Shown here: in pieces, positions 19,957 to 29,832 of the stretch
Numbering within the stretch: the stretch's first letter is position 1
Layout of the letters: the number at the start of each line of letters is the position of its first letter
Assembly (NCBI GenBank): GCA_964489445.1
Contig: CAZAYU010000003.1
Span: forward strand, 134,715 to 198,714
Origin: an uncultured Planctomycetia bacterium
Lineage (GTDB): Bacteria; Omnitrophota; Gorgyraeia; Duberdicusellales; 4484-171
Direction: 5' to 3'
Length of the DNA stretch: 64,000 nt
The notes under the pieces: generated by a model
What the model was told of the DNA's origin: nothing
Seen by the model: the letters and a program-made list of their open reading frames with translations, nothing else
The model's database searches: none
Position numbers and translations under genes: made by a program

Positions 19957-20744
19957 TGGTTTCTTCAATTGGTAGAATGATCATTAATTCTATTAAGGAG
20001 GCAGTCGGGCTAACTGCTCTTTTATTAGATATCGTTTATTGGATAGTTATTGCTCCGTTTTGTGGGAAGCTAATTCATGTTCGTACTGTTTTTTATCAAA
20101 TGATGTTTGTCGGTGTACGGTCAGCACTAATCGTTTTTTTCGTAACATTTTTTACAGGTATGGTGTTGGCAATGCAATCAGCATATCAACTAGAGCAAAT
20201 GGGAGCAACTATCTACGTGGCATCTTTAGTTGCTGTTTCTTTGTGCCGGGAACTAGGTCCGGTGTTGACAGCATTAGTTATTGCCGGAAGAGTAGGGTCA
20301 TCCATTGCTGCTGAGCTAGGGACAATGAAAGTAAGTGAGCAAATTGAGGCTTTAGAAATAATGGCAATTAATCCGGTTCGTTTTTTGGCGGCTCCGCGGT
20401 TTATTGCTCTTTTTTTTATGCAGCCTTGCCTTACAGTTTTAGGAAATATTGCCGGAATGTTCGGTGGATTTATTGTGGGCGTATATAGTTTAAATATTAA
20501 GCCAGAATTATATATTCAAACAGGATTTAAATTTTTAGCACTCAAAGATATTTACACTGGAGTTGCTAAATCGTTTGTGTTTGCTTTGATTATTGCGCTG
20601 GTTGGTTGCTATGAAGGTCTTAATACTAAAGGTGGGGCTGAAGGCGTTGGAAGAGCAACAACCCAGAGTGTTGTCTTGAGTTTTATTTTAATCATTCTCG
20701 CTGATTGTGTATTAACAGCAATATTTTATTTTTCTGGAGTATAG
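19956..20744 (+). CDS. mlaE: MlaE-family ABC permease
   Basis: RELGPVLTAL, AGRVGSSIAAELGTMKVSEQIEAL, GGAEGVGRATT. Confidence 0.93.
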   Translation: MVSSIGRMIINSIKEAVGLTALLLDIVYWIVIAPFCGKLIHVRTVFYQMMFVGVRSALIVFFVTFFTGMVLAMQSAYQLEQMGATIYVASLVAVSLCRELGPVLTALVIAGRVGSSIAAELGTMKVSEQIEALEIMAINPVRFLAAPRFIALFFMQPCLTVLGNIAGMFGGFIVGVYSLNIKPELYIQTGFKFLALKDIYTGVAKSFVFALIIALVGCYEGLNTKGGAEGVGRATTQSVVLSFILIILADCVLTAIFYFSGV

Positions 20745-20745
20745 C

Positions 20746-21549
20746 ATGGCAGGTAAAAAACAAGCGATAATTTCCTTAAAAAATGTAAGTAAGGTTTTCC
20801 AAAATAGAAAGGTTATTAATGATGTCAGCTTGGATATTTACAAGGGCGAAACCTTTGTTATTATGGGGTGTTCCGGTTCTGGAAAGAGCACGCTCTTAAG
20901 ATTAATGACCGGTGCTATAAAACCAGACAAAGGAGAAGTATTAGTTAACGGGGAGGATATTGCAAAAATATCTAACAGAAAATTAGACGAGGCAAGAAAA
21001 ACATTCGGGATGCTTTTTCAGTATTCAGCACTTCTTGATTCTTTAACGGTAGAAGAAAATGTTTCTTTGCCTTTGAAGGAGCATTCACGTCTTGCCGATC
21101 ATATTATAAAAATTATTGTCAGAATGAAGCTTTCGTTGGTCGGTCTTAAGGGGTACGAAAGCTATTATCCTTCTCAGATTTCGGGAGGAATGAAAAAAAG
21201 AGTTGGATTAGCTCGAGCTATAGCTCTAGATCCAGTAATAGTATTTTACGATGAGCCGACATCCGGGCTTGATCCGGTAGTTGGGGGAGTTACCGATAAA
21301 CTTATTAAAGATTTAAGCGAGAAACTTTTAATTACATCTGTAGTGGTTACTCATGATATGCAAAGCGTATTTAAAATTTCAGACAGGATTGCTATGATCC
21401 ACGAAGGTGCGTTAATTGAAACTGGTACGCTTAGTGAAATTAAAAAAAGCAAGAACCCCTATCTTAAACAATTTATCAGCGGTAATCATGAAGGGCCGAT
21501 AGATTTTTTTAAAGAAGAAATAGATATTAAGGAAATATTGAATATTTAG
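20746..21549 (+). CDS. mlaF: MlaF-family ABC ATPase
   Basis: GCSGSGKS, FQYSALLDSL, ISGGMKKRVGLARA, YDEPTSGLDP, VTHD. Confidence 0.93.
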   Translation: MAGKKQAIISLKNVSKVFQNRKVINDVSLDIYKGETFVIMGCSGSGKSTLLRLMTGAIKPDKGEVLVNGEDIAKISNRKLDEARKTFGMLFQYSALLDSLTVEENVSLPLKEHSRLADHIIKIIVRMKLSLVGLKGYESYYPSQISGGMKKRVGLARAIALDPVIVFYDEPTSGLDPVVGGVTDKLIKDLSEKLLITSVVVTHDMQSVFKISDRIAMIHEGALIETGTLSEIKKSKNPYLKQFISGNHEGPIDFFKEEIDIKEILNI

Positions 21550-21622
21550 GTTTTAAGTAATAGTGGCATAGCAGGGTTAAAAAACGATAGGGAAATATAA
21601 TTTTGTTTTTAGGAGGTAATGT

Positions 21623-22264
21623 ATGAAAAAATACGGTAATGAATTTAAAGTGGGTTTATTTTTTTTAATTTGTGTCTTTGGTCTTGCAGCTATTACTATT
21701 AGAACTAACAAAGTAAATTTTAAAAAGAAAGGATACCATATTTATGTGATTTTTGAAGATATATCTGGATTGGAAAAAGAGGCTTCGGTGTTATTAAATG
21801 GAGTAGATGCGGGTAAGGTAGAAAACATAGAGTCAGTGTATATTGCCGATAAAACAAAAGTTAAGTTAACGGTCTATCTTAACAATGGGGTAGAAATCAG
21901 AGAGAATCCAAAAATTTCTATTAAGTCTATAGGATTTATGGGAGAACAATGCTTGCAAATAAGTTCTCTAGAAGGCAAAAAATTAGTTAATCCCGGCGCC
22001 CTTATCAAAGGAGAACCTTGCACGGATATAGGAACAATAATGAAGAATGTTGATAACTTGACTAAGCAGGTAAATGAATTAACGTCTAACTTGAATTATG
22101 TTGTTGAAGATAGCAAAAATACTATTTCCCAAATGGTGTTAAATTTAGAATCTGCTTCTAAAAATCTGGAAGAGTTTACCTTAGACATTAAAAAGCATCC
22201 CTGGAAATTGCTATACAAGAATAAAGAAGAAAAGGAAAAAGAAAAATCTCCAAAAGATACATAG
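21623..22264 (+). CDS. mlaD: MlaD/MCE-domain protein
   Basis: EFKVGLF N-terminal TM, GLEKEASVLLNGVDAGKV MCE motif, helical tail ending HPWKLL. Confidence 0.88.
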   Translation: MKKYGNEFKVGLFFLICVFGLAAITIRTNKVNFKKKGYHIYVIFEDISGLEKEASVLLNGVDAGKVENIESVYIADKTKVKLTVYLNNGVEIRENPKISIKSIGFMGEQCLQISSLEGKKLVNPGALIKGEPCTDIGTIMKNVDNLTKQVNELTSNLNYVVEDSKNTISQMVLNLESASKNLEEFTLDIKKHPWKLLYKNKEEKEKEKSPKDT

Positions 22265-22300
22265 ATAGTTATTCCTTAAGGAAGCAACTATAGATAAAAA

Positions 22301-22876
22301 TTAATATTTTATAAGCATTTCTTTTAGTTCTTGAGAATTTAAACAAGCAATTCCTAATTTTTGGGCCCATTTTATTAAGCCATTGTCAGAGGTAGAAAGA
22401 TAAGCATTTAATTCTTTAGCTAATAAAATTAGGTCAAAATCTTCTTTGCTGTCGATTGTTCCTTCACGCAAAGCTATTCGGTATTCATGTCTTAAAGTTT
22501 TGATGATTTCTTTTTCTTCTTTTTTTTCTGTGTTTAATCCTTTTCGGTTATATTTTTCAGCGATTCGCAAACCTTTATTAATTCGCATACGCATTTCCTC
22601 AATAAGCTCATAAACAAACAAAGCGGGAATTGAAGACTGATAAGAGGAGGGGGGGCGCTTGTCAAGCAGAATAGTTTTTTTTACCGGAAGTGTATCCTCG
22701 ATAAATTTCATTAATTCTGTGTATACCGAAGGAGGAATATGGCATGAAATATGTTGTTTCTCGCTTAGCTGGTCTAAAAAACTTTCTAAAGCGTTTCTCG
22801 GAGTGTTTCCAAACACAAAACGAGAGTCAGGGTTTACAAAAAGGCTAGTGTCTAAAACAATTTTTATTTTATCCAT
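22301..22876 (-). CDS. Protein-only RNase P (HARP, PIN-domain family)
   Basis: VLDTSLFVNP, RMRINKGLRIAE, YRIALREGTIDSKEDFDLILLAKEL, DNGLIKWAQKLG; about 190 aa as in HARP. Confidence 0.85.
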   Translation of the reverse strand: MDKIKIVLDTSLFVNPDSRFVFGNTPRNALESFLDQLSEKQHISCHIPPSVYTELMKFIEDTLPVKKTILLDKRPPSSYQSSIPALFVYELIEEMRMRINKGLRIAEKYNRKGLNTEKKEEKEIIKTLRHEYRIALREGTIDSKEDFDLILLAKELNAYLSTSDNGLIKWAQKLGIACLNSQELKEMLIKY

Positions 22877-23063
22877 AATTTAATATTGTAGCTAAATGTA
22901 TTTAAAAGTAAACATTAATTTAATAATACGTATTATTAAAAATAAGGCATATTGTAGTTTGAAGATGTAGGGAGCTAAATAAAATTTACCAAAAAAATAC
23001 TTGATTAAGTACTTTTATATTGTTAAACTTATATTAAATAATAACTCTAGCAAGGAGGTCAAA

Positions 23064-23963
23064 ATGAAACAGTATCAAAGTATCATTGTTGTAAGTGTTG
23101 TCTGTTTATTTTTATTGTCTGGCTGTGACAGTGTAGAGAAAATATTAAAACCAAAGAAAGAAACGGTTATCAACAATACAAAAGGAATAGAAGGCCCACT
23201 TCTTGCTCAAGTTAATAATTGGAAAATTGGCTTAGGAGATTTTGAGAAAAGATTGCAAACCTTAGAGCCTTTAGCGAAACAGCAAAATTTAGATGTTAAT
23301 GATTATGAATTTAAAAAGCGTGTTCTTGATGAATTAGTGAAGGCGGTGCTTTTGTCCGAAGAGGCAAAGTCTCAAGGGTTTGATAAAAAAAGTGATGTGC
23401 AAGAGGCTCTAGAAGGGTACAAGCAAACTCTTTTAGCGCAGAGTCTTATAGCGGATACTGTAAAAAATATGGATGTAACTGATGTGGAAATTACGAATTT
23501 TTATTCGCAAAACAAAGATTATTTCAAAAGCCCCGAAGAAGTTAGAGTTAAAGAAATAGCAGTTAACAGTGACTCGGAAGCCAAGGACCTATATATTCGA
23601 ATCCTTCAAGGTGAAGATTTCTCTCTTTTAGCTAGCCAGCACTCCGTATCTTCCTCCAAGGACAATGGGGGTGACCTGGGATATATTGTTTATGACGAAA
23701 AGGAAAAATTTTATAAGTTTTGGGAAATAGTGACCGCTTTAGAAAAAGGAGAGATATCCAGTATATTTAAAGGTGAGGATAAGAACTACTATATCGTAAA
23801 ATTAGAAGATAGAAAAGAAGGTAAAGCTACTCCACTTGTTGAGATAAAGGAAGAAATTCGTAGAGTCTTAAAGATTGATAAAGAAAATAAAGGAATTGAT
23901 AATTTAGTTAATACGTCTAAGCAAAATGCCAAAGTTATTATTAATGAAGACTTATTGCAATAA
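23064..23963 (+). CDS. PpiC/parvulin-type PPIase lipoprotein (PrsA/SurA-like)
   Basis: SD AAGGAGG then ATG 23064; lipobox LSGC; GEDFSLLASQHS...SKDNGGDLGYI. Confidence 0.88.
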   Translation: MKQYQSIIVVSVVCLFLLSGCDSVEKILKPKKETVINNTKGIEGPLLAQVNNWKIGLGDFEKRLQTLEPLAKQQNLDVNDYEFKKRVLDELVKAVLLSEEAKSQGFDKKSDVQEALEGYKQTLLAQSLIADTVKNMDVTDVEITNFYSQNKDYFKSPEEVRVKEIAVNSDSEAKDLYIRILQGEDFSLLASQHSVSSSKDNGGDLGYIVYDEKEKFYKFWEIVTALEKGEISSIFKGEDKNYYIVKLEDRKEGKATPLVEIKEEIRRVLKIDKENKGIDNLVNTSKQNAKVIINEDLLQ

Positions 23964-24017
23964 GTCAATTGTGGATTTAGATGGTAGTATTTATTATCAA
24001 TCAATAATTTTAGTAAA

Positions 24018-24932
24018 GTGAAAAAGGCAATACTAAAAATTTGTGTTTTATCCATTTTACTTGTTTTTTCTTTTATTGGATGTGATAATTTTTCTTTTTT
24101 TGACAAATCAGTTAAAAAAAATCCCAAAAATGACCTAGAAAGGCCTTTTGTTAATGGTATTATAATCGCTAAAGTTAACGGGTATCCAATAACTTTAGAG
24201 GATTTAGATGAAGAAATCGAACGATATAATGCCGAAATTCCTTTAGAGCAACAGGAATCAAAAATAACTACCTCTGAGGAAAAGCTTAATTATCTTAAGA
24301 ATGAACTTGTCCAGCGGGTTCTTTTGTATAAGGAAGCCTTAAACAGAGGATTAGATCGTATGCCGGAAGTTCGTAAAGTTATTGAAAAAACTAAAATGCA
24401 AATGTTGGTTTTTCAGCTGATGCAAGAAGAGATGGAAAAAATAAGTGTCAGTTTTGGTGAGATTGAGGAATATTACAACAAATTGCCGGATGAATATAAA
24501 AAAGAGGCGGAGCAGAGAAGAGTAAAAGAAATTGTCGTAAAAAGTCAATCTCAAGCAAAGGATTTATTGATTAAATTATTACAGGGAAATGATTTTTCGT
24601 TTTTAGCTCAGCAGTATTCCATTGTCGATAGCGCTAAAAATGGAGGAGATTTAGGTATAATCAAGCCGGGGGATAAATCTAAAGAATTTGATGAAATAGT
24701 TTTTTCTGAAATGTTAGATGTTGGGCAGGCAAGTAATTTTTTTAAAGGACCCGAAGGATATTATATTGTTAAGATTGAATCTAAGTTAGGGGGAAAACGA
24801 AGAACTCTTAGCGACATGCGGGATGATCTTAAAACTCTTTTAACTATATCTAAACGGCAAAAAATGATAAATGATTTGGTAGGTAATTTATCACGTAATT
24901 CAGTTATTGAAATAGAAGCAGATAGAATTTAA
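24018..24932 (+). CDS. Second PpiC-type PPIase lipoprotein
   Basis: Lipobox FIGC; GNDFSFLAQQYS...SAKNGGDLG; paralogue of the preceding gene. Confidence 0.88.
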   Translation: MKKAILKICVLSILLVFSFIGCDNFSFFDKSVKKNPKNDLERPFVNGIIIAKVNGYPITLEDLDEEIERYNAEIPLEQQESKITTSEEKLNYLKNELVQRVLLYKEALNRGLDRMPEVRKVIEKTKMQMLVFQLMQEEMEKISVSFGEIEEYYNKLPDEYKKEAEQRRVKEIVVKSQSQAKDLLIKLLQGNDFSFLAQQYSIVDSAKNGGDLGIIKPGDKSKEFDEIVFSEMLDVGQASNFFKGPEGYYIVKIESKLGGKRRTLSDMRDDLKTLLTISKRQKMINDLVGNLSRNSVIEIEADRI

Positions 24933-24934
24933 AT

Positions 24935-25855
24935 ATGGAAAAAAAGAAAATCAGTTTAATCATTGGGGTAGTTTTGAGCATTATGGCAATAGTATTTCTT
25001 AACCTATATTTAAGAGGTGAACGCCAAAAAAATGTTAAGGAGTTAGAAAAAGCATTTGTAGAAAAGTACAAAGATTTAGTTACTGTATTCATTGCGGATG
25101 AGGACATAGAGAAAGGTTCTATTTTAAATGCAAATGTACTGAGTACAAAAATAATTCCGAATAAATATGTTGAGCCGCAGGCGGTTACTTCTTTAGCTAA
25201 AGCCGTTGGGATGAAAGCAGCGGTTCCGATTAAAAAAGAAGAACAAATTACCCTAAGTAAATTAATAAATACAAAAACAACTATGGCTAGATCTTTAGCA
25301 ATGGCAACCCCAGTAGGAAAAAGAGCAATAACTATAAGCGTAGATAGCATAATGGGATTAGCAGGAATGATTGTCCCGGGGGATTACGTTGATGTTATTG
25401 CTTTATTGCCTACCCCTACACAGGGTGCTGATGGAACTCAGACTGTACAAATGGTTAATATTCCTATTTTCCAAAATGTGTTAGTGATTGCGGTAGGCGG
25501 GCAATTGGCAGCTAGACAGGATCAAGGGCAATCATCTTCAGGGTGGGGCTGGGGAGTCCAAAAAAGAACTAGTGAAAAAATTGCGCCATCTCCATTAATT
25601 ACATTAGCGTTAAGTTCACAAGATGCCAGCTTACTTTCTTTTGTTAATGAGCAAGGAAGATTGAGGTTAGTTATTCGCTCTCCTGCTGATGCCAAAATAG
25701 AGCAGATTTCGCCGGCAAGCTGGGAAACTCTTTTTAGCTATATAAATTCACTTATTCCTTCTCAAGATATTAAAGATAAGCATACACCGGTTAAAGCTAA
25801 AAGCGTAGAAATTTATCGGGGGGAAAATAGAGATTCAGTTTATATATCAGAGTGA
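24935..25855 (+). CDS. cpaB: Flp pilus assembly protein CpaB/RcpC
   Basis: N-terminal TM, SAF-like region, GKRAITISVDSIMGLAGMIVPGDYVDVI, QNVLVIAVG. Confidence 0.92.
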   Translation: MEKKKISLIIGVVLSIMAIVFLNLYLRGERQKNVKELEKAFVEKYKDLVTVFIADEDIEKGSILNANVLSTKIIPNKYVEPQAVTSLAKAVGMKAAVPIKKEEQITLSKLINTKTTMARSLAMATPVGKRAITISVDSIMGLAGMIVPGDYVDVIALLPTPTQGADGTQTVQMVNIPIFQNVLVIAVGGQLAARQDQGQSSSGWGWGVQKRTSEKIAPSPLITLALSSQDASLLSFVNEQGRLRLVIRSPADAKIEQISPASWETLFSYINSLIPSQDIKDKHTPVKAKSVEIYRGENRDSVYISE

Positions 25856-27465
25856 TGAAAAAGATTAATATTTTTATTATTATTTTTTTGCTGATTGTTT
25901 GCTTACCGTTAATAGGCTTTTCTTTGTCTGAACGAGAAGAAATTGTTATTTACCAGGGGCAGATGGAATCTGTTTCTGTTTCTGTTCCGGAAAGGATTGT
26001 TATCGATAAGCCGGAAGTAGTTGATGTGATAAGGGTTGGTAATAACGAAATGCTTTTAAGTGGAAAACAAAAAGGGGAGGCTAAGATTAGTTGGAAGGAT
26101 AATCTTGGTGAGCATAATCTTGATGTTAAAGTTTTAGCCGAAGATGTGGAGAAAATAAAAAAGCGGATTGATGATATTCTAAAAAAAATTGGATCTTCGA
26201 ATATTAAGACGAAAACTATGGAGAATGAGGAAAAGGTTTTTCTTTTGGGTGATGTTAAAGATGAGGTGGATATAGAAAGAATTTTTTTAGCGTTGGGAGA
26301 TTTAAAGGATAAGACAGTTAACCTTGTACAAATAAAACCAGAGGACGCAATGGTTGAGATTTCTGTTCAAATTCTTGAATTTCAAAAAGGAAAAGGAAGA
26401 AACTTAGGGTTTGAACTTCCCAGCTCGATAACTTTTAGTGAAATAAATTCTTCTCTTGGCACATCAGGGCTACCTTTTGGCGGACTTTTTCCGATTAGGT
26501 CATGGGATCGAGATAAGTTCTCTGGAACTTTGAGGTTATTAATTAACGAAGGGAAGGCTAAGGTGCTTTCTCGGCCACGGCTTGCTTGTCGTAGTGGTAA
26601 AGAAGCTGAGCTTTTAGTAGGAGGAGAAATTCCGATAATGACCACCGAGGCTTCCGGTAGCAGTGAAACTCCGGGTACTAATATTGAATATAAAGAATAC
26701 GGGATTAAGTTAAAAATAAGTCCGCAAGTAGTTGACGGTGATAAGATAGATATTTTACTTTCTGTGGAGGTAACAGAGGTTGATGAAGCTGGCCTTCAAC
26801 AGCTGGGAGGCAGTGACAATATAACTGCATCAGCTTATCCGTTTACTAAAAGAAATGTTACTACGGAGCTTTCTTTAAGAAATAACGAAATTTTAGCTAT
26901 TGGTGGATTGATTAAACAGAAAACTCAAGAGGATTTAAAAAAATTTCCTTGGTTAGCTGATATCCCGATTTTAGGTGCCTTCTTTAGGAGTAAAAATGTT
27001 ACTCAAGGCGGGGGAGCTGACGAGAAGGGCGATACTGAATTATTCATTACTCTTTCTCCCAAGATAATTTATCGGGATGGTCAAGATAACCAAAAAAAAA
27101 TAAAAGAATCGTTTCGGGAAGAAACATTAGAGAAAAAAATCAGTCGTTACCACGATAGATCTCATATCCCAGATGAACTACAAAGTTATGTGTTAGCAGT
27201 TAAAAAGATGATATTAAGGGATATTTCTTATCCAGAAGTAGCTTCAAGTAGTGGTTGGGAAGGGAGCTTGCTGATTTCTTTAAAAATTTCTTCCGATGGA
27301 AAACTTAAACAGGCGAAAATTGCTGAGTCTTCGGGAAATAAGATATTTGACCAAGATGCTTTAAATGTGGCTAAAGCAGTAAAATACCCCCCCTTTTATT
27401 ACTATAAGATAAGTCTAGAAGAGATAAACTTAGAAATACCTATAGTGTACAAGCCTACGAAATAA
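25852..27465 (+). CDS. cpaC: Tad secretin RcpA/CpaC with C-terminal TonB_C domain
   Basis: KVLSRPRL...SGKEAELLVGGEIP, EYKEYGIKL, KFPWLADIPILGAFF; tail YPEVA...GWEG...ISSDG...ESSGNKIFDQDAL. Confidence 0.88.
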   Translation: MMKKINIFIIIFLLIVCLPLIGFSLSEREEIVIYQGQMESVSVSVPERIVIDKPEVVDVIRVGNNEMLLSGKQKGEAKISWKDNLGEHNLDVKVLAEDVEKIKKRIDDILKKIGSSNIKTKTMENEEKVFLLGDVKDEVDIERIFLALGDLKDKTVNLVQIKPEDAMVEISVQILEFQKGKGRNLGFELPSSITFSEINSSLGTSGLPFGGLFPIRSWDRDKFSGTLRLLINEGKAKVLSRPRLACRSGKEAELLVGGEIPIMTTEASGSSETPGTNIEYKEYGIKLKISPQVVDGDKIDILLSVEVTEVDEAGLQQLGGSDNITASAYPFTKRNVTTELSLRNNEILAIGGLIKQKTQEDLKKFPWLADIPILGAFFRSKNVTQGGGADEKGDTELFITLSPKIIYRDGQDNQKKIKESFREETLEKKISRYHDRSHIPDELQSYVLAVKKMILRDISYPEVASSSGWEGSLLISLKISSDGKLKQAKIAESSGNKIFDQDALNVAKAVKYPPFYYYKISLEEINLEIPIVYKPTK

Positions 27466-27467
27466 AC

Positions 27468-29639
27468 ATGACAAAAACAATTGCAATTTATAGCACAAAA
27501 GGCGGTGTAGGTAAGACTACGGTGTCTGTAAATACTGCTTTAAGTCTTTCTTTGAAAAAAAAGAAAGTACTGCTTTTAGATTTAGACTTGGGAGCCCCTT
27601 TGGATATTGCAAAAATGTGTGGCGTTAAGCCTAAAAAGGGAATGGTTGATCTTTTATCAGTTTGGGATAAGGTGAAAAATGATGAAGAAGCCTTAAGGGT
27701 AACTTTTTTTACTCAAATTAATCCTTATTTTCATTTTTTACCGGCGGCAATATCTTCAAGAGCAGTAGCTCATTTAAATGCTGAGTCTATAAGGGGCATA
27801 TTAAAAGCTCTTAAATCTTTCAGTTATGAGTACATCATCATTGATGGAGGATTGAATCTTACTGATATTTTAATCGAGATATTTGATTCTGCTAATGTAA
27901 TTTCTTTAGTGCTTACTCCAGATATTCTTTCATTGTATCAAACAGAATGGATATTAGATACTCTTCAAAGTTTAGGTTTTCCTTTAAGTATGATAAAAGC
28001 AGTGATTAACCGTTCAGAAAGTAAAGGTAGCGTAAGTGCTTTTGAGATTAAACTTCTTTTGCCTATAGAGATTATTTGTACTATTCCTTCTGATGGAAAA
28101 ACTGTGGGCATGGCTTTAAATAGAGGAATTCCTGTAGTTTTGGATTCACCACATAGTCGAATTAGTTTGGCAATAGGTTCTTTAAGTGACGTAATCATCA
28201 AGAGAGAGGACATGTATATATCCCATAAAGATCTGTCTAGCTTAAGGATAAAAGATAGTGCTATTAAAGAAGACACTAAAACTGATCTATGGAGCCGGTT
28301 GGGATTAATGGAACCGTTAAGAGAGGTAAAAATACAAAGAGAAGAGGATATTATTATTGATTTAAAAAAGAAATTACATTCTCAGCTAATAAAAGAAATG
28401 AATCTAAAACGAATGGCGGTTGGCATGATGAATGCAAATGTCGAACAGGCAAGAAAATTAAGGCAAGATGCGGAAAAGATTTTAAGTAATATTTTAGCAA
28501 AAGAAACTGGCGGATTTATTTCTTCTTATGAGGTTAGGCAGAAATTAATTAATGAGATTGTTGATGAAAGCCTGGGTTTGGGTCCTCTAGAGGAATTAAT
28601 AGCTGATCCTCAAATTACAGAAATAATGGTTAATAATAAAAATAGAATTTATGTAGAAAAAAAGGGAAAGATTTATTCTACTAGTAAAAGATTTACTTCT
28701 AATACCCAAGTGCGTACAGTTATTGAAAGAATTTTGGCACCTTTAGGAAAAAGAATTGATGAATCTTCTCCTTATGTTGACGCTCGTCTTCCCGATGGCT
28801 CAAGAGTAAATGCAATAATTCCACCCTTAAGTTTAACAGGGCCGACCTTAACTATAAGGAAATTTGCCAAACAAAGGCTCGGAATAAATGAGTTAGTGAC
28901 AGATTACAATAGCTTAAGTCAAGAAATGGCTACTTTTTTAAAAGCGTGTGTGACTTCACGAAAAAATATTTTGGTAACCGGAGGAACGGGGTCTGGGAAA
29001 ACTACTTTTCTTAATATTCTATCCGAGTTTATTCCTGATCGTGAAAGAATTATTACTGTTGAGGATTCAGCTGAGCTGAAACTTCACCATCATCATTGGA
29101 TAAGGCTAGAGTCAAAACCACCAAATATTGAAGGTAAAGGGCAAATTACAATAAGAGATTTATTTAAAAACACTTTACGCATGCGGCCGGATAGAATTGT
29201 GGTTGGTGAATGCCGGGGTGGGGAAGTTTTAGATATGCTCCAGGCTATGAATACTGGCCATGATGGAAGCATGTCTACGATTCATGCTAATTCTACTCAT
29301 GATGTATTAATGAGGCTGGATAGCATGATTTTAATGAGTGGTATAGAGCTTCCGATACGCGCGATTAGGGAGATGATTTCTTCGGCTTTAGATTTAATTG
29401 TCCATACAGCTCGCTTAAGTGATGGAACAAGAAAGGTTATCCAGATTACTGAAGTTGGCGAAATGGTTGGTGAAACGAACGTGGATCTCAAAGATATATT
29501 TGCTTTTAGACAAAAAGGTATAGATAATGATGGTGTTGTAAACGGTTCTTTTTATCCCACCGAGTATATTCCTTCTTTTTATGAGGAAATCTGTGTGAAA
29601 GGCATTGATTTGCCTAAAGAAACATTTCAGAAAAAATAA
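27468..29639 (+). CDS. TadZ/CpaE (MinD-like) fused to TadA/CpaF pilus ATPase
   Basis: N-terminal KGGVGKTT deviant Walker A; C-terminal GLGPLE, DARLPDGSRVN, GGTGSGKT, LRMRPDRIVVGECRG, AMNTGHDG. Confidence 0.92.
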   Translation: MTKTIAIYSTKGGVGKTTVSVNTALSLSLKKKKVLLLDLDLGAPLDIAKMCGVKPKKGMVDLLSVWDKVKNDEEALRVTFFTQINPYFHFLPAAISSRAVAHLNAESIRGILKALKSFSYEYIIIDGGLNLTDILIEIFDSANVISLVLTPDILSLYQTEWILDTLQSLGFPLSMIKAVINRSESKGSVSAFEIKLLLPIEIICTIPSDGKTVGMALNRGIPVVLDSPHSRISLAIGSLSDVIIKREDMYISHKDLSSLRIKDSAIKEDTKTDLWSRLGLMEPLREVKIQREEDIIIDLKKKLHSQLIKEMNLKRMAVGMMNANVEQARKLRQDAEKILSNILAKETGGFISSYEVRQKLINEIVDESLGLGPLEELIADPQITEIMVNNKNRIYVEKKGKIYSTSKRFTSNTQVRTVIERILAPLGKRIDESSPYVDARLPDGSRVNAIIPPLSLTGPTLTIRKFAKQRLGINELVTDYNSLSQEMATFLKACVTSRKNILVTGGTGSGKTTFLNILSEFIPDRERIITVEDSAELKLHHHHWIRLESKPPNIEGKGQITIRDLFKNTLRMRPDRIVVGECRGGEVLDMLQAMNTGHDGSMSTIHANSTHDVLMRLDSMILMSGIELPIRAIREMISSALDLIVHTARLSDGTRKVIQITEVGEMVGETNVDLKDIFAFRQKGIDNDGVVNGSFYPTEYIPSFYEEICVKGIDLPKETFQKK

Positions 29640-29780
29640 TAACTACGATTGTTTGTAAGTAGTTGTCCTCCAGCAGTCTATAGAATATTTTTAATTATTT
29701 ACCTTGTTTTAAACATTGAAACTTTAAAAAATCAGGCACTTATTATTATGAAAGCGTTTTCAAAAAATTGCTTTTTTGAA

Positions 29781-29810
29781 TTGTTTTTTTAATAATTTAT
29801 ATGTTATACT
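29781..29810 (+). promoter_or_regulatory. Putative sigma70-type promoter with extended -10
   Basis: TTGTTT-N18-TATACT with TGn upstream of the -10; same architecture as 41206-41235. Confidence 0.6.
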
Positions 29811-29832
29811 TTAAGCGTCACCTAAGGGAGGC

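Noticed and set aside
353-29491. Short antisense or off-frame ORFs over ORF1, housekeeping and Tad genes (e.g. 9765-10565, 24904-25350)
   Set aside because: They overlap well-supported genes and have no independent coding evidence.
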